Origin: Lama guanicoe
Lineage: Eukaryota
Direction: 5' to 3'
NCBI GenBank assembly: GCA_013239625.1
Contig: MU054391.1
Coordinates: forward strand, 2,323,130 to 2,387,129
Length of the DNA: 64,000 bases
In this document: positions 1 through 13,059 of the stretch, piece after piece
Position numbering within the stretch: the first letter of the stretch is position 1
How the letters are laid out: each line of letters opens with the position of its first letter
Notes under the pieces: model-generated
The model's database searches: none
What the model was told of the DNA's origin: nothing
What the model saw: the letters and a program-made list of their open reading frames with translations, nothing else
Translations under genes and position numbers: made by a program

Positions 1-3000
1 GCCTCACTTGTGACTGCTTTATTCAAGAGACAAGTATCAGCCAAGCCGTCTGGTCTCTGCCTCAAATAGAGACAGATGCTGACAGTCCCAGCCCGCCCAT
101 CTTCCCCGGAAGACGGTCTGCGTGGAGCGGAGCCAGCAACACAATCCCAGAAACAGCGACAGAGGAAAGGCTACAACATACATCCACCGACCCAGGGCGC
201 TGGGAGACTGCAGAGCCCGGGGTGCATTTCATTAAAGCCACCCCCTTCCCAGAGCCTGCTGGCAGTGACGGGAAAGCATCGTTCTCAGCACAGTGGGGAA
301 ATCCTGTCGTTCTGTGGTGGAAGCAGGACGGGAGTTCTGACAGCTCAGTGGCAGTGGGTGTGCTGGTTGCAACCTCCTTCGTCTGTAACTGCTTCCCAGA
401 CTTCCTGACACCAGGTCTGGCGTAACCCCCGCCCTCCCTGCGCATTTGCCTCTGCTGAGAGTTAAGCGTTTAATTTTCTGGGTCCTTATTGTGGCTTTTT
501 GGATGTAAAGTTTCATTGTGCTATTTCTGTGTAAATAGACTTTTGACATAATAGGAGCACCGGCGTGGACTGGTGTGGCTGCTGGCAAGTCATTTCAGAT
601 CCATCCCTTCCATACTGTGGCTTAATTTAAAGGCTGGATTACTTGAAAATGCATTTATTAAGTCTGACCTACTTTTAAAATATTTAATATTCCACTTTGG
701 TTTCCTTGTAGTGAAAGAAGCTTCAAGGTCTTCACGTTCTTGCCAGTTTTTAAAGAACAGACGTTGATTCAGCTAATAAGATACTGCACAGACGCACCGT
801 CCTCTGGACCACTTTCAAGACTGGTATTTAGAGCAATTAGCAGTTCACAAGCTCTTACAGGCACTCGGACGTCCCAAAGGACCGGTCTGCGTTTGTTCTT
901 TATAAAAGTATCCTCTTCCATTTTCTTCTTCTTGTGACTGTATATGGGTAAAACGGCCCCAAACCCACAACAGGAAAAGTAAGCACCATCTTCATGGAGG
1001 GAAACCGTTTTATAGCTTCGATAAGGCTTGTTCCTTTGATCAAAACTGTTCTGACTTGGGGAATGATAGAGACAGGCCAATGACAGATATGAATTCTTGA
1101 GAATGAGGAGGGGAGAGAGTGGGGAGAAAGGAATAATGTGCCACGCAAACTTGGGAAAGCTGAGCAGAGTTTGTACACGCACATTGCTTAGTTGATTGTA
1201 AAAGTCAGTTAGGCAGCATACCTGTGCAGAAGTTGAATAAAAACAATAACGAAATGAAGGTGGAATTAGGTATGAGTAACCTGAGCAGCCAGGGTAAGTC
1301 CTGCAGAGAAACACGGAGCACAGCATTTTGTACCAGATTGAGTACAAGTTCCCCAGCAGCCACAGCAAAGATAAAACGTGACAATTACACTAATTAACTC
1401 TCCGAACGATCGGAGCAAACAAGCCACTCAGAAGTGCAGTTCTTTTTGAACCTGATCTCTTGAAGAGTTTTTCTAATCAGCACTTTGAAGGAATATTTGT
1501 AGTGTCGGTGACAACACCCAACAGCTTAGCAGAAATAAATGTGATAAAGGGTTTCATACAGTCAGAAATATCTATCGACTCTGCACTCAGACTCAGATCT
1601 GGCAACAGAAATACAGTGTGTGATGCTCAGTCTTGCTGGGCCGTCCAGGTTTATGGCTCCACCTTAGACAAAAGCAACAGTCCTTGAAGTTGGGAAGCGG
1701 TGGTGGTGGAGGTGAGCGGGTTACTGCTCAATTACGAGAGCGGAAAAATGCTGGGTGTCAGACAGGCTGGTAGGGACATGCTCTAAAACAGCAAAGGACT
1801 CAGCTTTCATCTCCTGTGGGTTTGAAAACAACTTTAGTTCACGTGTGTGGAGAGGGTGTCACTAACTCTTACAAAATACTTTAATCAGAGACTGCAATTT
1901 TCAGACAAATCTTTAAGTCTTGAGCAGAAGAAATACATCTGGGGATAAATCGTGGCGGCCAGGGTTTTAGAGCTAGGACTGAGCTCTTATTAAGAGCTCA
2001 CTCTTGGTAACAGCAGAAATCAGCAAAATTCTAATATTTTCCTTAAATGATATTTTTATTATTTTTATCAGAGAATGAAATTAAGAAACATGTCCTTCTG
2101 GGTTGCTGTTATCAGCTTACGTTCAGGGGAAGCAAACACAGTGTGATTTCCTGCACTGGAAGCTATACCTGTAATATGTCTAAACTTTAAAAGATAAAAT
2201 GTGGGTGTCACTGTTTCCATTTTATTGATCTTTAAAAACCTGAACAATTCCTCATTTGATGCTACTGAACTTCCTGTTTAGACTCTCACATCTTCTGAGT
2301 GTAACGGTCTTCTTGCCTTGTTTACGCTGCGTATTTGTACTTCTTGCCCTAATGCATTGGCGGGAAGTCCAAGAGCAACGCTGAACTGTAATGTGTTAAT
2401 GGGGATGATTGCTTTGTGCCCCATTTTGATATGAATTCCCCTGTGTTTTGCATTAACTAGGATACTCCCGTTTGAGATAGATTCCACTTAGAGTAAGGTA
2501 TTTCTCTTCTGTATCAAAACTACTGACATCACCTTTAGTCAGTAAAATATTTTCCATTTAAAAATTAATTTTATTTCCCCTCAAAAAGAGTGAATGCATC
2601 TTCTCTTCTAATCTATTACTTAGGTGGATCATACACATCAGTTAGGAGAGATGCATTAGTATTTCTGCAAGTACTGGAGCATTCCTGTGGCCTTGAAGCA
2701 ATGTGTGTGTGTGTTTGCATTCATGCAGGTATAAATGCCTGGGTTATATTGGTCTTTTTAAAATATTGCTCTTTTTCTCTGCTGTGAAACATGAAATGTT
2801 TTAGAAAGGATGCATTCCTTGAAAACTGTATAGAGTTCTTAAAACATATGGACCAACTAATTTTTATAGAATTGTTTTTCATTATTTATGCCGTCCTAAA
2901 AACACTTTCAGTGTATTTTCAATCTTGTCAACATAGAATTTTATGTAATATAAAACATTCATAAAACTTTCTTAAAAATGTTTTTCCTGTAGAATTGGAG

Positions 3001-3159
3001 TTTACCCCTCACTTGTTGCTAACATTTCTTATTTGTGTACTCTTTCTCAACTTTTAAAAAAAGTTAGTAAGTCAGAAACTTATCAGAGGTCTTCAGTTTG
3101 CCCACCTTCTTCTGCTTTGTTAACTCCTGCCGTTCTGTTTAGGGCTGTGCAGTATTTGA

Positions 3160-4260
3160 GTGCATCTGGACGGCGTGTCCATCGGGACAGGGACTCTGAG
3201 GTAATAAGCAACACAGAATCTCAGGGGCTTAAGGCATCCGAGCGGCGTCTGGCTCACGCTTCCCGCCCACGGCAGGGCGGAGGAGCCCTTCTCCGAGTCG
3301 TCCCGACTCCAGGAGGCAGCTTGGCCCCCCGCGGTCTCCCCCGCACGAGGAAGAGGCAGAGTGCCGGGCGGTGTCCTGCCTTTAGAGCCTTGATCGTGCA
3401 AAACGCACATCGTTCGGCCACAGAAGGACAACGGCCACACCCGACTTCTGAGTGCCACAAGGCGTCCTGGGGGCCTGGGGGAGAACCGGAGACACGGAGT
3501 CACCAGCTCCCAGGGCGAGCTTAGCCACTCCTGCTCGTTTTGGCTTTTGTTTTGTCTCACTTTCGGGCTGGCTGCTTAGTCTGATTTTCAGTATCTATTT
3601 GGTTTTATATACAAAGTATTTTAAGCCTTACACTCAGTTCACTTTTTCATTCAATGTTTATCATTTTCTAACCATTCTCTTCTTTTGATTTCTTCTTTGA
3701 TCCAGTCATTAAACAAATATTTACAAACACGTTGGCTATATTCTCTGCTTTGTCCATTCTCTGGTTTCTAGTTTAAAGTCTGTAGCACTAGGGTGAGCGC
3801 CCTTGCTCCCAGGCGGGCAAAGCGTCTCCATTCTGGAATCCGGGGCTTCGTGACTCTGCGCCTGAATGTGGGCCCGTGGACTCACCATTCAGAGGAGCTG
3901 TTACAACCTGTGTGTTCCAAGATGCTCTGAACACTTTCCTGAGATGGAGTAAAGCGGAAATGAAAGCCTACAGCTGTACGTACTTGTTGGGAGAGACATC
4001 GGGGTGAAGGAGACAGTGAGGTTAACACAGAGTAACTTCCATTTCTTTGCCACAAACTTTGCACACATTGTCACAGTCTGTGAACTCAGCGCTCTGTGGA
4101 AAGGCGCGGGCCTCCTCACCGCGCCGTGCTGACCCCGGGGCTCCGCGCGGTCAGGGCGACGGCCTCAACGTCCGTCTAGCGGAGCGCCGAGGGGTGCTCG
4201 CTCCGGCTTGACTGGGTTTTCCGCACTTTCTTCTGCTCCACCTGGGGCGGGAGAGGGACA
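3160..4260. promoter_or_regulatory. Two CpG-rich patches (about 3160-3530 and 4080-4260), possible weak CpG island or enhancer
   Basis: Visibly dense CG dinucleotides and GC-box-like GGGCGG motifs, separated by an AT-rich stretch. No linked coding exon seen. Confidence 0.4.
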
Positions 4261-4554
4261 AGCAGAGAAGACGGAGCTGGAAGGCAGCTCAGTGAACAGC
4301 TAGTCGCAGCTCACTCTGCACTCTGGCCCGCTCCCTCCCTTCTTCGGTGACCATCCCTGTGTGCTTCCTGTCCTTCCCAGTTTCAGGGCTCCTCCTGGTT
4401 TATGCCCCCCCTTACGGTATTCCTTTTACTCCTAATTTTGTGGGGGTCTCTTGCTCTACGCCCACCGCCCACCCCCCACTATGCCCTCATGCACAGTGTA
4501 GCCCTTCTCTCCCAGAGCCTCCCGCAAATGAGTGAGCATCACCAAAACGCCCAT

Positions 4555-5324
4555 GACTAGCACATTTATATGTTATTTCTAGAATTTTGTTCTGAGTTCC
4601 AAACATTTATATCTGGTGATCCATAATGTCTCCACTTGGATAAATCACAGCTTAATGTCAACACTTCAAAAAAAAAATGTTCGGCTTCTAGTATTCCTCC
4701 TCTCTACGCTGGGTGTTCTGATGCACCTAACTGCTTATAACAAAGTCCTGGAAGTCATCCTTCATCCTTCCCTCTCTGTTAACACACCTGGGCAGCCTCC
4801 AAGTTCAGTCAATTCTACTGAAGTTTTGTTCACACATGTCCACTTATCTCCACCTCCGTTGCTGCTAATCTCGTGTAAATCACCATCGCTTCCCTTCTGA
4901 GCAAGTTGTAAAATATTCCAGTCTTTCTCTTTATAAACACTCTTGCCTCTTCCCAATACTTCCTTCTCACGGAAGCCGGAGGGATTCTCAAAAAAGAATA
5001 GGAAAAAAAGGTAAAATTAATCAGCATGTATGCTTATCTTAAACGCTTCAAAACCCTCAGTGTGCAGAGTATCCAGGCCTACAAGACCACCTCTGTGACT
5101 GGGCGCCTGTCAGCACCTCTGGACATCCAGGCCCTCAAGGTGATCCTAAACCATCCCTCTTTCTGCTTCATTTGGTGACTTCCCAGTTGTTACATCAGTC
5201 ACATAAAAACATTCCACTTCAAGAAATGTAACAGGCCTTTGCATTTCTCCTTCATAGCATTCACACCACTGTCATTATATATACACACACACACACACAT
5301 TATATATACATACATATACATATA

Positions 5325-5356
<32 letters not shown>

Positions 5357-5516
5357 TGTATATATATGTAATTGCTGAACACCTGCCTCCCCCACTAATC
5401 TCAATGCTCCACAAAGGCCAGGAATGACCCTGCTTTGTTAACTTTTATATTCTCAACACCTGGCACCTAGTGCCTGTCACATAATAGGTGTTAAAAATTA
5501 TTTGTCTAATAAATGG
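4555..5516 (+). mobile_element. L2 LINE 3' portion, interrupted by a microsatellite
   Basis: Pyrimidine-rich body ending in an L2-type 3' terminus (cctggcacctagtgcctgtcacataataggtgttaaaaattatttgtctaataaat). Confidence 0.8.
5276..5370. repeat. Compound (TA)/(CA)n...(TG)n microsatellite
   Basis: Directly visible CA run, TA/CATA core, then TG run. Confidence 0.95.
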
Positions 5517-6169
5517 AACATCTAGAGACCACGTAGAGTAAGAGTATATTGGGTAATAAAACCTCTTTTTAAAGAGAAAGCCAAGGCTGCAGAAATTTCA
5601 TAAGGGCCCCTTGACATCAACTTAGTCTGAACATCAATTCTTTACGAAAAGAGGTTCTAACAAAATCCTAAACATATATCAAGGTTAAAAATTTTATTTA
5701 TCTGCCGATACCCCAGCCCAACACACATCACCTCCCCAAAGCTGTCACCAACCTGTTCCAGGCTTCCACCAGGAATTCTAATGAATTTTGCTCTTGCCTA
5801 TCTCCCCAGTTATCCAAGAGCTTCGTGGGAGCCAAGACCTTCCCTTTGTATTTTGCATCTCATTTTGTGCATATTAAGTAACCATTAACTCTGTACTGAG
5901 TAAATAAACATGTCCAGGATGGTTTATTACAGAATACTGAATGCCAGCAAGTGCTAATGCAAGACCCATTATGATACAGACATTGTACCAGACCATGATT
6001 ACACCAAATGTAAATAAAAATAAAAACAGTCTGGAGACAGCACCTTAAAGACTTCCCATGGAAACCCTTCCAGTCTTTATTTCTGCAACTCATTCTGCCC
6101 CCAAGTGTCCTAATTCCAAGGCCACCTAAGAGGGAACAAGGCAGTCACACGCAAGTCCCGAGCGACCGC

Positions 6170-6500
6170 CAGGGTAATCACATGCATCGCGAAGCCGGAG
6201 ACGGCTTATCAAATTCAAAGTGTGTCTGCCTCATAATTCACTCTTTATTTACTGGAAATTCAGCTTACCACTGTTATAATATTACATATGATTAATGATG
6301 CCATAAAATTTGCATGTTCATGCTTATGTCTGCTCTGTAAGTGGAGCCGGGCCAGTTTTTCTGTGTTCTGTACCGAGCTCAGCATGATGCATTGAATTTT
6401 CATTTGCATGATATTTACATTAATTTGCATTTCCATACAACCCTATTAATTTTGCACAAGCAATGCACCCAATTCTAACAATAATCTAATCTAATCTTAG
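6170..6500. promoter_or_regulatory. Candidate enhancer with POU-octamer and homeodomain motif cluster
   Basis: ATTTGCAT at 6308, 6402 and 6423; one-mismatch octamers at 6413 and 6429; TGATTAAT 6289; CCATAAAA 6301; (TAATC)3 at 6482-6496. Not recognisable as a repeat. Confidence 0.55.
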
Positions 6501-6589
6501 GGATCAAAAAAGAAGTGGTGCTCTTGGAAGAAACTGGGTAACAGAAGAAGCCGGCGGAAAGCACCGAACATACGTGTTGATACTGGAAG

Positions 6590-6795
6590 TGCTAACTCCC
6601 TATTGCATGAGGGGCTCTGTTTGCAAAACCATCTCATCTCGTTTGAGCCACGTACGAAACTTTAGCTAAGTGGGTCAGAGATGACACCGATTTTACCGAA
6701 AGAAACTGTGTCCTAGAAGTTCAAGGTGATGTCCAAAGTCAGGGAATAGGTCCCTGGGAAAATCACAACTTGAGCCCTGGAGCCAGATCTCCAAG
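6590..6795 (-). mobile_element. MIR SINE (diverged)
   Basis: Resembles the reverse MIR core (attttaccgaaagaaactgtgtcctagaagttcaaggtgatgtccaaagtca). Confidence 0.6.
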
Positions 6796-7309
6796 CTGAG
6801 GCCTCGTGTGCCTGGTCCTGACGTGGGTCCGCAGAGCTGGGAGGAGCGGGCGGAAGGAGAACTGCAGGCAGACGGGAGCAGCTCCGCGAGTCCACGCTTC
6901 TCCCTCCTCCTCCCTCTGGGGTGCTCCCGCCTTCCTTTCCTGGAAACCTTCGTTCCCTCACACCACATGCGCTGCCCAGTTCCCATCAATCGACTCTGCT
7001 AAACTGGAAATTCAAGGGGGACCCTCTCTGGGAACTTGCACTTTAAAATGAGACTGTTTCAGTTAAAACAGCTTTTTTCTTAGAAAGATACTGCAAAATT
7101 ATTATCAGACAGTTTGATTTTTGACAACATCAAAGGCCAGTCCTGACTATGATTGTTAAATTATTGAAAAGGATAAAACAGAAAGACAGCTGCGTGTCAG
7201 TAAATTCTAAGTTCCTTCGAAGATGAGAATGAGTTAGAACGGGAGATCTGGGGGCACCTGCAGGGGTGGCGCTCAGCTCTTGAGATCAACAACTAAATCA
7301 AATAAGCAG

Positions 7310-7540
7310 TTAACAGCACCCACCACGATTACTGTCCGTCTCCTGTCCATAGGCACTTTGCTCAGCAGACTCTCTGCACTGTGTCTAATCCTTTCAGTAA
7401 ATCCATAAAGTTGTTATTACTAACGTCCTAGGTGAACGAACCAATACTTTAAAAGACCATATACCTCGTCCAAAGTCTCATAGCTGATGTGAAGCTGAGT
7501 CAAGATTCTGACTGTGGTCTCTCAAATTCTTAAATCTTTT
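7310..7540 (-). mobile_element. MIR SINE (diverged)
   Basis: Reverse MIR layout: aggcactttgctcagc...tctaatcctttcagtaaatccataaag...tccaaagtctcatagctgatg. Confidence 0.6.
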
Positions 7541-8785
7541 GTTCAAGGCGGTTCTTCAGACTGTTGACAAACATAAGTTTAAATAGTTGGAACTCTAGAA
7601 GTGCACTCAAAAGCCTGCCCTGGTGACCTGCCTTTCACAAGGAGAAGATTAAGCCTCAATGACACGCCGCAGACTGGAGAGCGGGTTGTGGCCACATCGG
7701 GACTCTCCATACACAGGGTCCACCTCACTGAGTCTCGGTGGAGATTCCCTCTGCTTGGATCCCAGCAGACAAATTAATCAGCACAAAAACAGGACAAGCC
7801 ATGTGGTGGCCAGTGGCAGTGGACTATTGACAATGACTGGGAGAGACACTGGTCTGCCCAGCATGTAAGACTTTTCATTGAGGATTATCCACGATGCCCA
7901 TCTGTTTGTACCAGTAGGCTTGAGGTGAGAAAAACTTGTGTTCTAATCTGAGCCGGAGTGGTACGCCCTGGATTCTGACACACAGACCTTCCGAGACAGC
8001 TTTCACACCTGTGCAGTTGAACCGATTCAGAGCTACCTCACAGAGTTGTTGGAAGTGATGATAATCACAAGCAGAATAAATAATAATAATACATAAAAAT
8101 TATACATACATAAAATATATGACACTTCTACTATTTTTGTTTTATGCAAACCCTTCTAAAGCCAGTAGCATCGCTATGTTAAGTACCTGGTGAAAACAGA
8201 AACCATTAGCTGAATACTGAGGTTTAAGTCAATGTGAAGTTGTTTTCCAATAAAGCGCGGAATTCATTGTGCAGTCAGGACACAAGACGAAGAGATGTTG
8301 CCGCTGGCTGCAAACGTTCTTAGCGTGCACCGGGAATGCTCAGTGCTCCAGCGTGCCCCCGCCTGCCTCTCCTGTCCTCTTCGCCCCACCTGCTGTGCAG
8401 CGAGTACAATGCCAGCTTTGTAAAGTAAGAGTCGTCATACGGACTGGTACGGATGTCACCCGCGGCTGCTCGGACCCGCGCTTACTACGCTACGCGGGGA
8501 GCTTCACGCCCTGCGTGAAACATAGAGCTTCTTGTCTCACTTCATCAGGAAAATACGATGACGCCTGGCACCTGCCTTCAGCCGCTCCTTCCAGTGTTGC
8601 GACCAGGCGATCGTCGTTGCAGAGCTGCGGGGCGTGGGGCGAGAGCCACGCAGGACACGTGGAGACTGCGCTTTACCCTAAATTAACAGGCGGGGAGGCA
8701 TCAGAGCAGGGGAGACAGAGCACCGCACTTTGGAATTTGCCAGAGTAGCAGAGGTCCCGCTTCCAACCGACGCATCGTGAGCTGA

Positions 8786-8913
8786 TGTGTGTGTGTGTGA
8801 GAGAGAGAGAGATAATGACAACACGTGGACAGAAATCCAAACTGACCTCATATATGCACGCACGCACACACATGCACGCATGCGCACGCATGCACACACA
8901 TACACACACATAT
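8786..8913. repeat. (TG)n(AG)n run and degenerate (CA/CG/TG) alternating repeat
   Basis: Directly visible; 8849-8913 is an unbroken pyrimidine-purine alternation. Confidence 0.9.
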
Positions 8914-11900
8914 CTCATACACCCCCAGTCAGGTTGGCGGCTTTGCTACCCTGTTTGCTCTGCCCTCATTCTCTGCTTCGAGGGGACGGTGTCTGGCTGA
9001 CAGGTGCGCCTATATGTCGCCTCAGGCTGCTCCCAAAGCAACCTGGACCCCTAGTCTCATGCTGACCAGGCTTATTTCTGTTCAACTTGTGAAGCAGAAT
9101 GAGGTCAGGGAAAAGGATGAGACGATTGTTTTATTGACAGTGTATCCCAGAGGCCGCTCTTGTGAGCTCCCAGTCTCACTGGCGCTGCTTGGCAGGCTGT
9201 CCCCGGGAGAGGTCGCCCCCTAATGTTATGGGAGGAAACCAAGTTCTCTGGGTTTCAGTTTAGTTGAAAAATGCCAAATCCCCAACTTGGCCTTAATTAA
9301 AACCTGCATATTATCATAAACGGATATAATACAAGTAAAGAATATCTTAATAGCATATTCCAGTCAAAAATTCAGCTTTAAAACATTGTACTGTACACGT
9401 CAAGAATGGCAAACTAGCGTTTTTATTCTACAAGTTTTGTAACTTTGCAGATCTTAACTTGAAATCCCATTAAGTTTTTATTTTCTATTTAGTTCTTTTA
9501 AATTCCTAACTTCAAAAAATGTTACCTCTGAACTCTTTTATTCTTAAATATGAGCATATTTCTAAGATTTTCACCAGGCATTTCCTGGAAAAGAAGGCTT
9601 GAAAGGGCGGTCAATTGCTCTAAAAAAATAAACTCGATGATTAGCATCTAATGTTTCAGGATAATACAGAGCAAGTTCATTGGCTGGCTGTTGCTATTTT
9701 AAATGTGGAGACTTCCAGGTATGAAAGTCTTAAAGGAAAGTTTCATCTGCGTTAGACTTTCCCGGACACTATAAATGGGGAACTCAGTGAACATATTTGA
9801 TCTGTAAGTGAAATGCTAATAGAAAAATAAATATGAAAGTAAGGAGGATTAGTGTGTTTATATAAACACTTATTAGTGAAAGGTAAGTAGGTATAAAAAG
9901 ACTCTTAATAAAAGTGGTTTTGAAGAATCTTTGACCAGGAATTAGTTCGTCTTCTGTGTAACTTTGCCAAAAGTTGCTTTGAACTTGAACTTACTCTGAC
10001 ATGTGAATCAGAACAGCGACTGAATTGGCTGAAATATTTGGGAGTTATTCGTAAAACGATGTACTAAGAAAAGCACTTTTCCATACAAACAAAATATAAC
10101 GTTTGGATACAACTTATTATGGGGGATCAAGTCTCTAAAGGGGAATTAAAATCAGTCCTGCTCCCCGCCATCAAAGAAAGACAAACCGGCGCCCGGGAGT
10201 GTTGTGAGGACGAGGTCCCTGTGACCTGGGGGCGGGTGGGAGCGCACACGAGTCCTAACCACTCGCAGCAGCTGAGCGGCCGTAGAGCGGGTTTGTGAAG
10301 ACGTTTCCGTTTCCCCCAGTTGATCCCAATTTCCACGATTTCTCTTCCCCTAAATAAAACCTTGAAAACTGCAATTAAAAAGGGATGGACAAAATTTAGT
10401 AGACAGAAGGTGTGAAATCAGCTACCCTTTCAGCTTACATTAAAAGCACGCTCATCACAGTAGGAACTAAAGTCCCAAACGCACGTCTGGAATTCTGAGG
10501 TGCCCAGATGAAGACTGAAGGGGCATTCCTGTCATCAGGGGAGCAGATGCAACCAGTGAGGACTTGACATTAGAGGGTGAGAGGTTGGGAATTTTTTTTT
10601 GAATTGTTTTTGTTTCTTTACAGAGATGCTCCAATGATATGTGCTTTCACTTTCTATTTCAAGTGCGATTTCGTTTTTTTAAAAGAGCAACACATCAGTA
10701 TCTCTCTATCAAACCAATCACAAGGCCAAACTATACACTAAGACAGAAAAGGAACTTTCATTCCATTGTCAGTTACAAGAATTAACGACCTCCGCTGTTT
10801 AAGGGCTGTGGTCGAAGCAGCTCCAGACCTGACTCTGTCTCTGACAAGCTGCTTGAATCTCTGCAAATTTCTTATGCGATGCTAAAATCCAAAGGCACAA
10901 CCCACTGGAAAAGCTATTTTAATACGAGATCAGATTAAAATAGGGCTGTTTTATTTGGTGCTTCAGACTGTCTCTGGAGAAGGAAGGCTGCCTCACTGCA
11001 TTTTTTTTTGACACTTCACGTCGGGTCGCCACGCCTGTCAGAACACGTGATTTTCTCAATATTTCCTTTGCGTTAGCATTAACTCTACCCAGAAGACAGC
11101 CTCTCTATTAACCCTTCTTCTATTACAGACAATTATCTACTGGAAAACACGTTTCTCTTCCTTTATGAAAATGGCAACGCGACGCCTGCCGCCTGCTGGG
11201 TGGCACGGGGCCGGGGCCAGGCAGTCTCCGCGGGAGGCGGCTAGTCCTCATCACAGCGGTGTCACCGGGACGCTGGACCCACCACTGTCAGGAGCCGGGA
11301 GTGCACAGCACAGGCGGCTCCACAGGTGGCTCTGAGGGACGTGCAGCACGTGGTCAAGTCACCACAGGCCGGCCAGCATGCTGACTCCGATGCTCTTTCT
11401 GAAGGCGACCTTTTCACAGAGAGCGGGCCTTATCTCATCCCTGTGGTGAACGCGGGCCTGAGTCACAGGATGGTGGCCTTTGAGCAGACGAGCTGACTTG
11501 CAACAGCCCGCCCGTGAATTCCCAGCGAGGGGAGAACGCGGGCGACAGTCGGTTACAGCGGAGACGTTCCCGGGCAGACTGCAGGCAGCGGACCCCTCGC
11601 TGCACGTTACTGAGATGCACGTTGTTGTAAAGACGATTGCCAATCTGACGCGCTGTGGTTCTGTGATTGAGATTTCCTTCAGCACGAATTAAATACGTAT
11701 AATCAGAGCAGAGACTAGGGATGCACAACCTTAATGCTATTTTTATGTCTGAAGCTGTCACGCCTTCCACTTACTAATTTTAAACTGAGGTCACAGCATA
11801 TGGTCGGTTTCTGATCTCGGTACCTAAGTGATACTTCATTATTATGACCTAATGGACCAATTTTAAATGTGTAGCGTGACTTCAAGATTCTATTTTCAGC

Positions 11901-12669
11901 AATACTGAAAACAGTGTAATTAAGTTAACATCTGCACACCTGCAGCTCCCTCCTCTGCATAGGTTTCTTCTGACTGTATTTTTCAGCCATTCTCAAAGAC
12001 TACTTAACACGCAGCTCTCTGTGTTCTGGACTGAAGCTACAGCTTGTCTCCCAGTGATCCTCAGATCTTGCTGGTTTGGTCTTCCTGGTCTCTCCACTGG
12101 AAAACGTCTTGTTTTGAGAAAATAACCATTTTATCCTCATTCTTCACCTTCCTTCTGCACATCTTCTAATCTAGTTTGTGTGCCTCCCACTACATAATCA
12201 ATTCACTTCCCAGAATGAGTCCTCCCCTGTCGGCCAGCTTCTGGCCCTCATAACCCTTAGCTTGCCAGGGTCTGAATGTCTGCAAGGTGTACATATGAGA
12301 GCCCTTAGCCCAGGAGGCTCCAAACAAGGTTCAAGTCAGGGACAGGGAAACCGGCCATTACAAGATGTTAGAAGGACAAATAACATATTTTACCGATAAG
12401 TAAAATACGGGAATAATCAGCCCAGCCCAGTTGCTCAATTGTTGTAAGACTCTCAGTCTCAAAGAGACCTTTTCTGGACTTCCCATCGCACCATCTCCTA
12501 CTCCAGCAAACTGTGTCTGACGCTGTCAGTCCTCCACGCTCAGCCAGAAGCCACCGTTGTCCCTGGGGAGTGACGGGCGGTGGGGATGGGCCATGAGCAC
12601 GGACTGCCCGGATCTCGTGAAGGGAAGCGTCAGATTCGTGGGGATGCACCCTGGCTCTCTCTTTTATTA

Positions 12670-12790
12670 GCTGTTTGTTTTGAGACAAGTCTTAACCGTT
12701 GCACCCACATTCCTTGTCTGTAAGATGGAGAGCATAGAATCATGGGTTCAGTAAATGATAAGGTGACACAGAGCACAAAGGATGCAGAGC
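12670..12790 (+). mobile_element. MIR fragment
   Basis: gacaagtcttaacc...cacattccttgtctgtaagatggag matches the MIR core pattern. Confidence 0.5.
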
Positions 12791-13059
12791 AAAGCAGAGT
12801 GCTGCCTCTGTTGAAGTTACTGCGGCCTTTTCTACATTTACAAGAATAAAATCTTCCCCTTCCAACACTAGCCCTTCAGTCAGGACTTGAGAAGGGCTGA
12901 CCCCTTTGCACTGCATTCACTCTGTGAACGAAGGCGTTTTAATCACAAACTCGTTCTCACTTTAGAAGACTGAACACTGGGCCAGACACACCAACCTGAA
13001 CATCTCAGCTGGATTCACGTCAAAACTCTTCCTCTTCTTCAGCAAGAATCCTCCAGCCA

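Noticed and set aside
769..1368. 199-aa minus-strand ORF with a protein-looking C-terminal half
   Set aside because: No recognisable domain, no convincing start or exon chain, and no poly-A/TSD of a retrocopy. Treated as a chance ORF; a BLASTp hit would overturn this.
1400..1415. CTCCGA-ACGA-TCGGAG hairpin, and AAGCCG-GAGA-CGGCTT at 6192-6207
   Set aside because: Six-bp stems are expected many times by chance in 64 kb, and there is no larger RNA fold around them.
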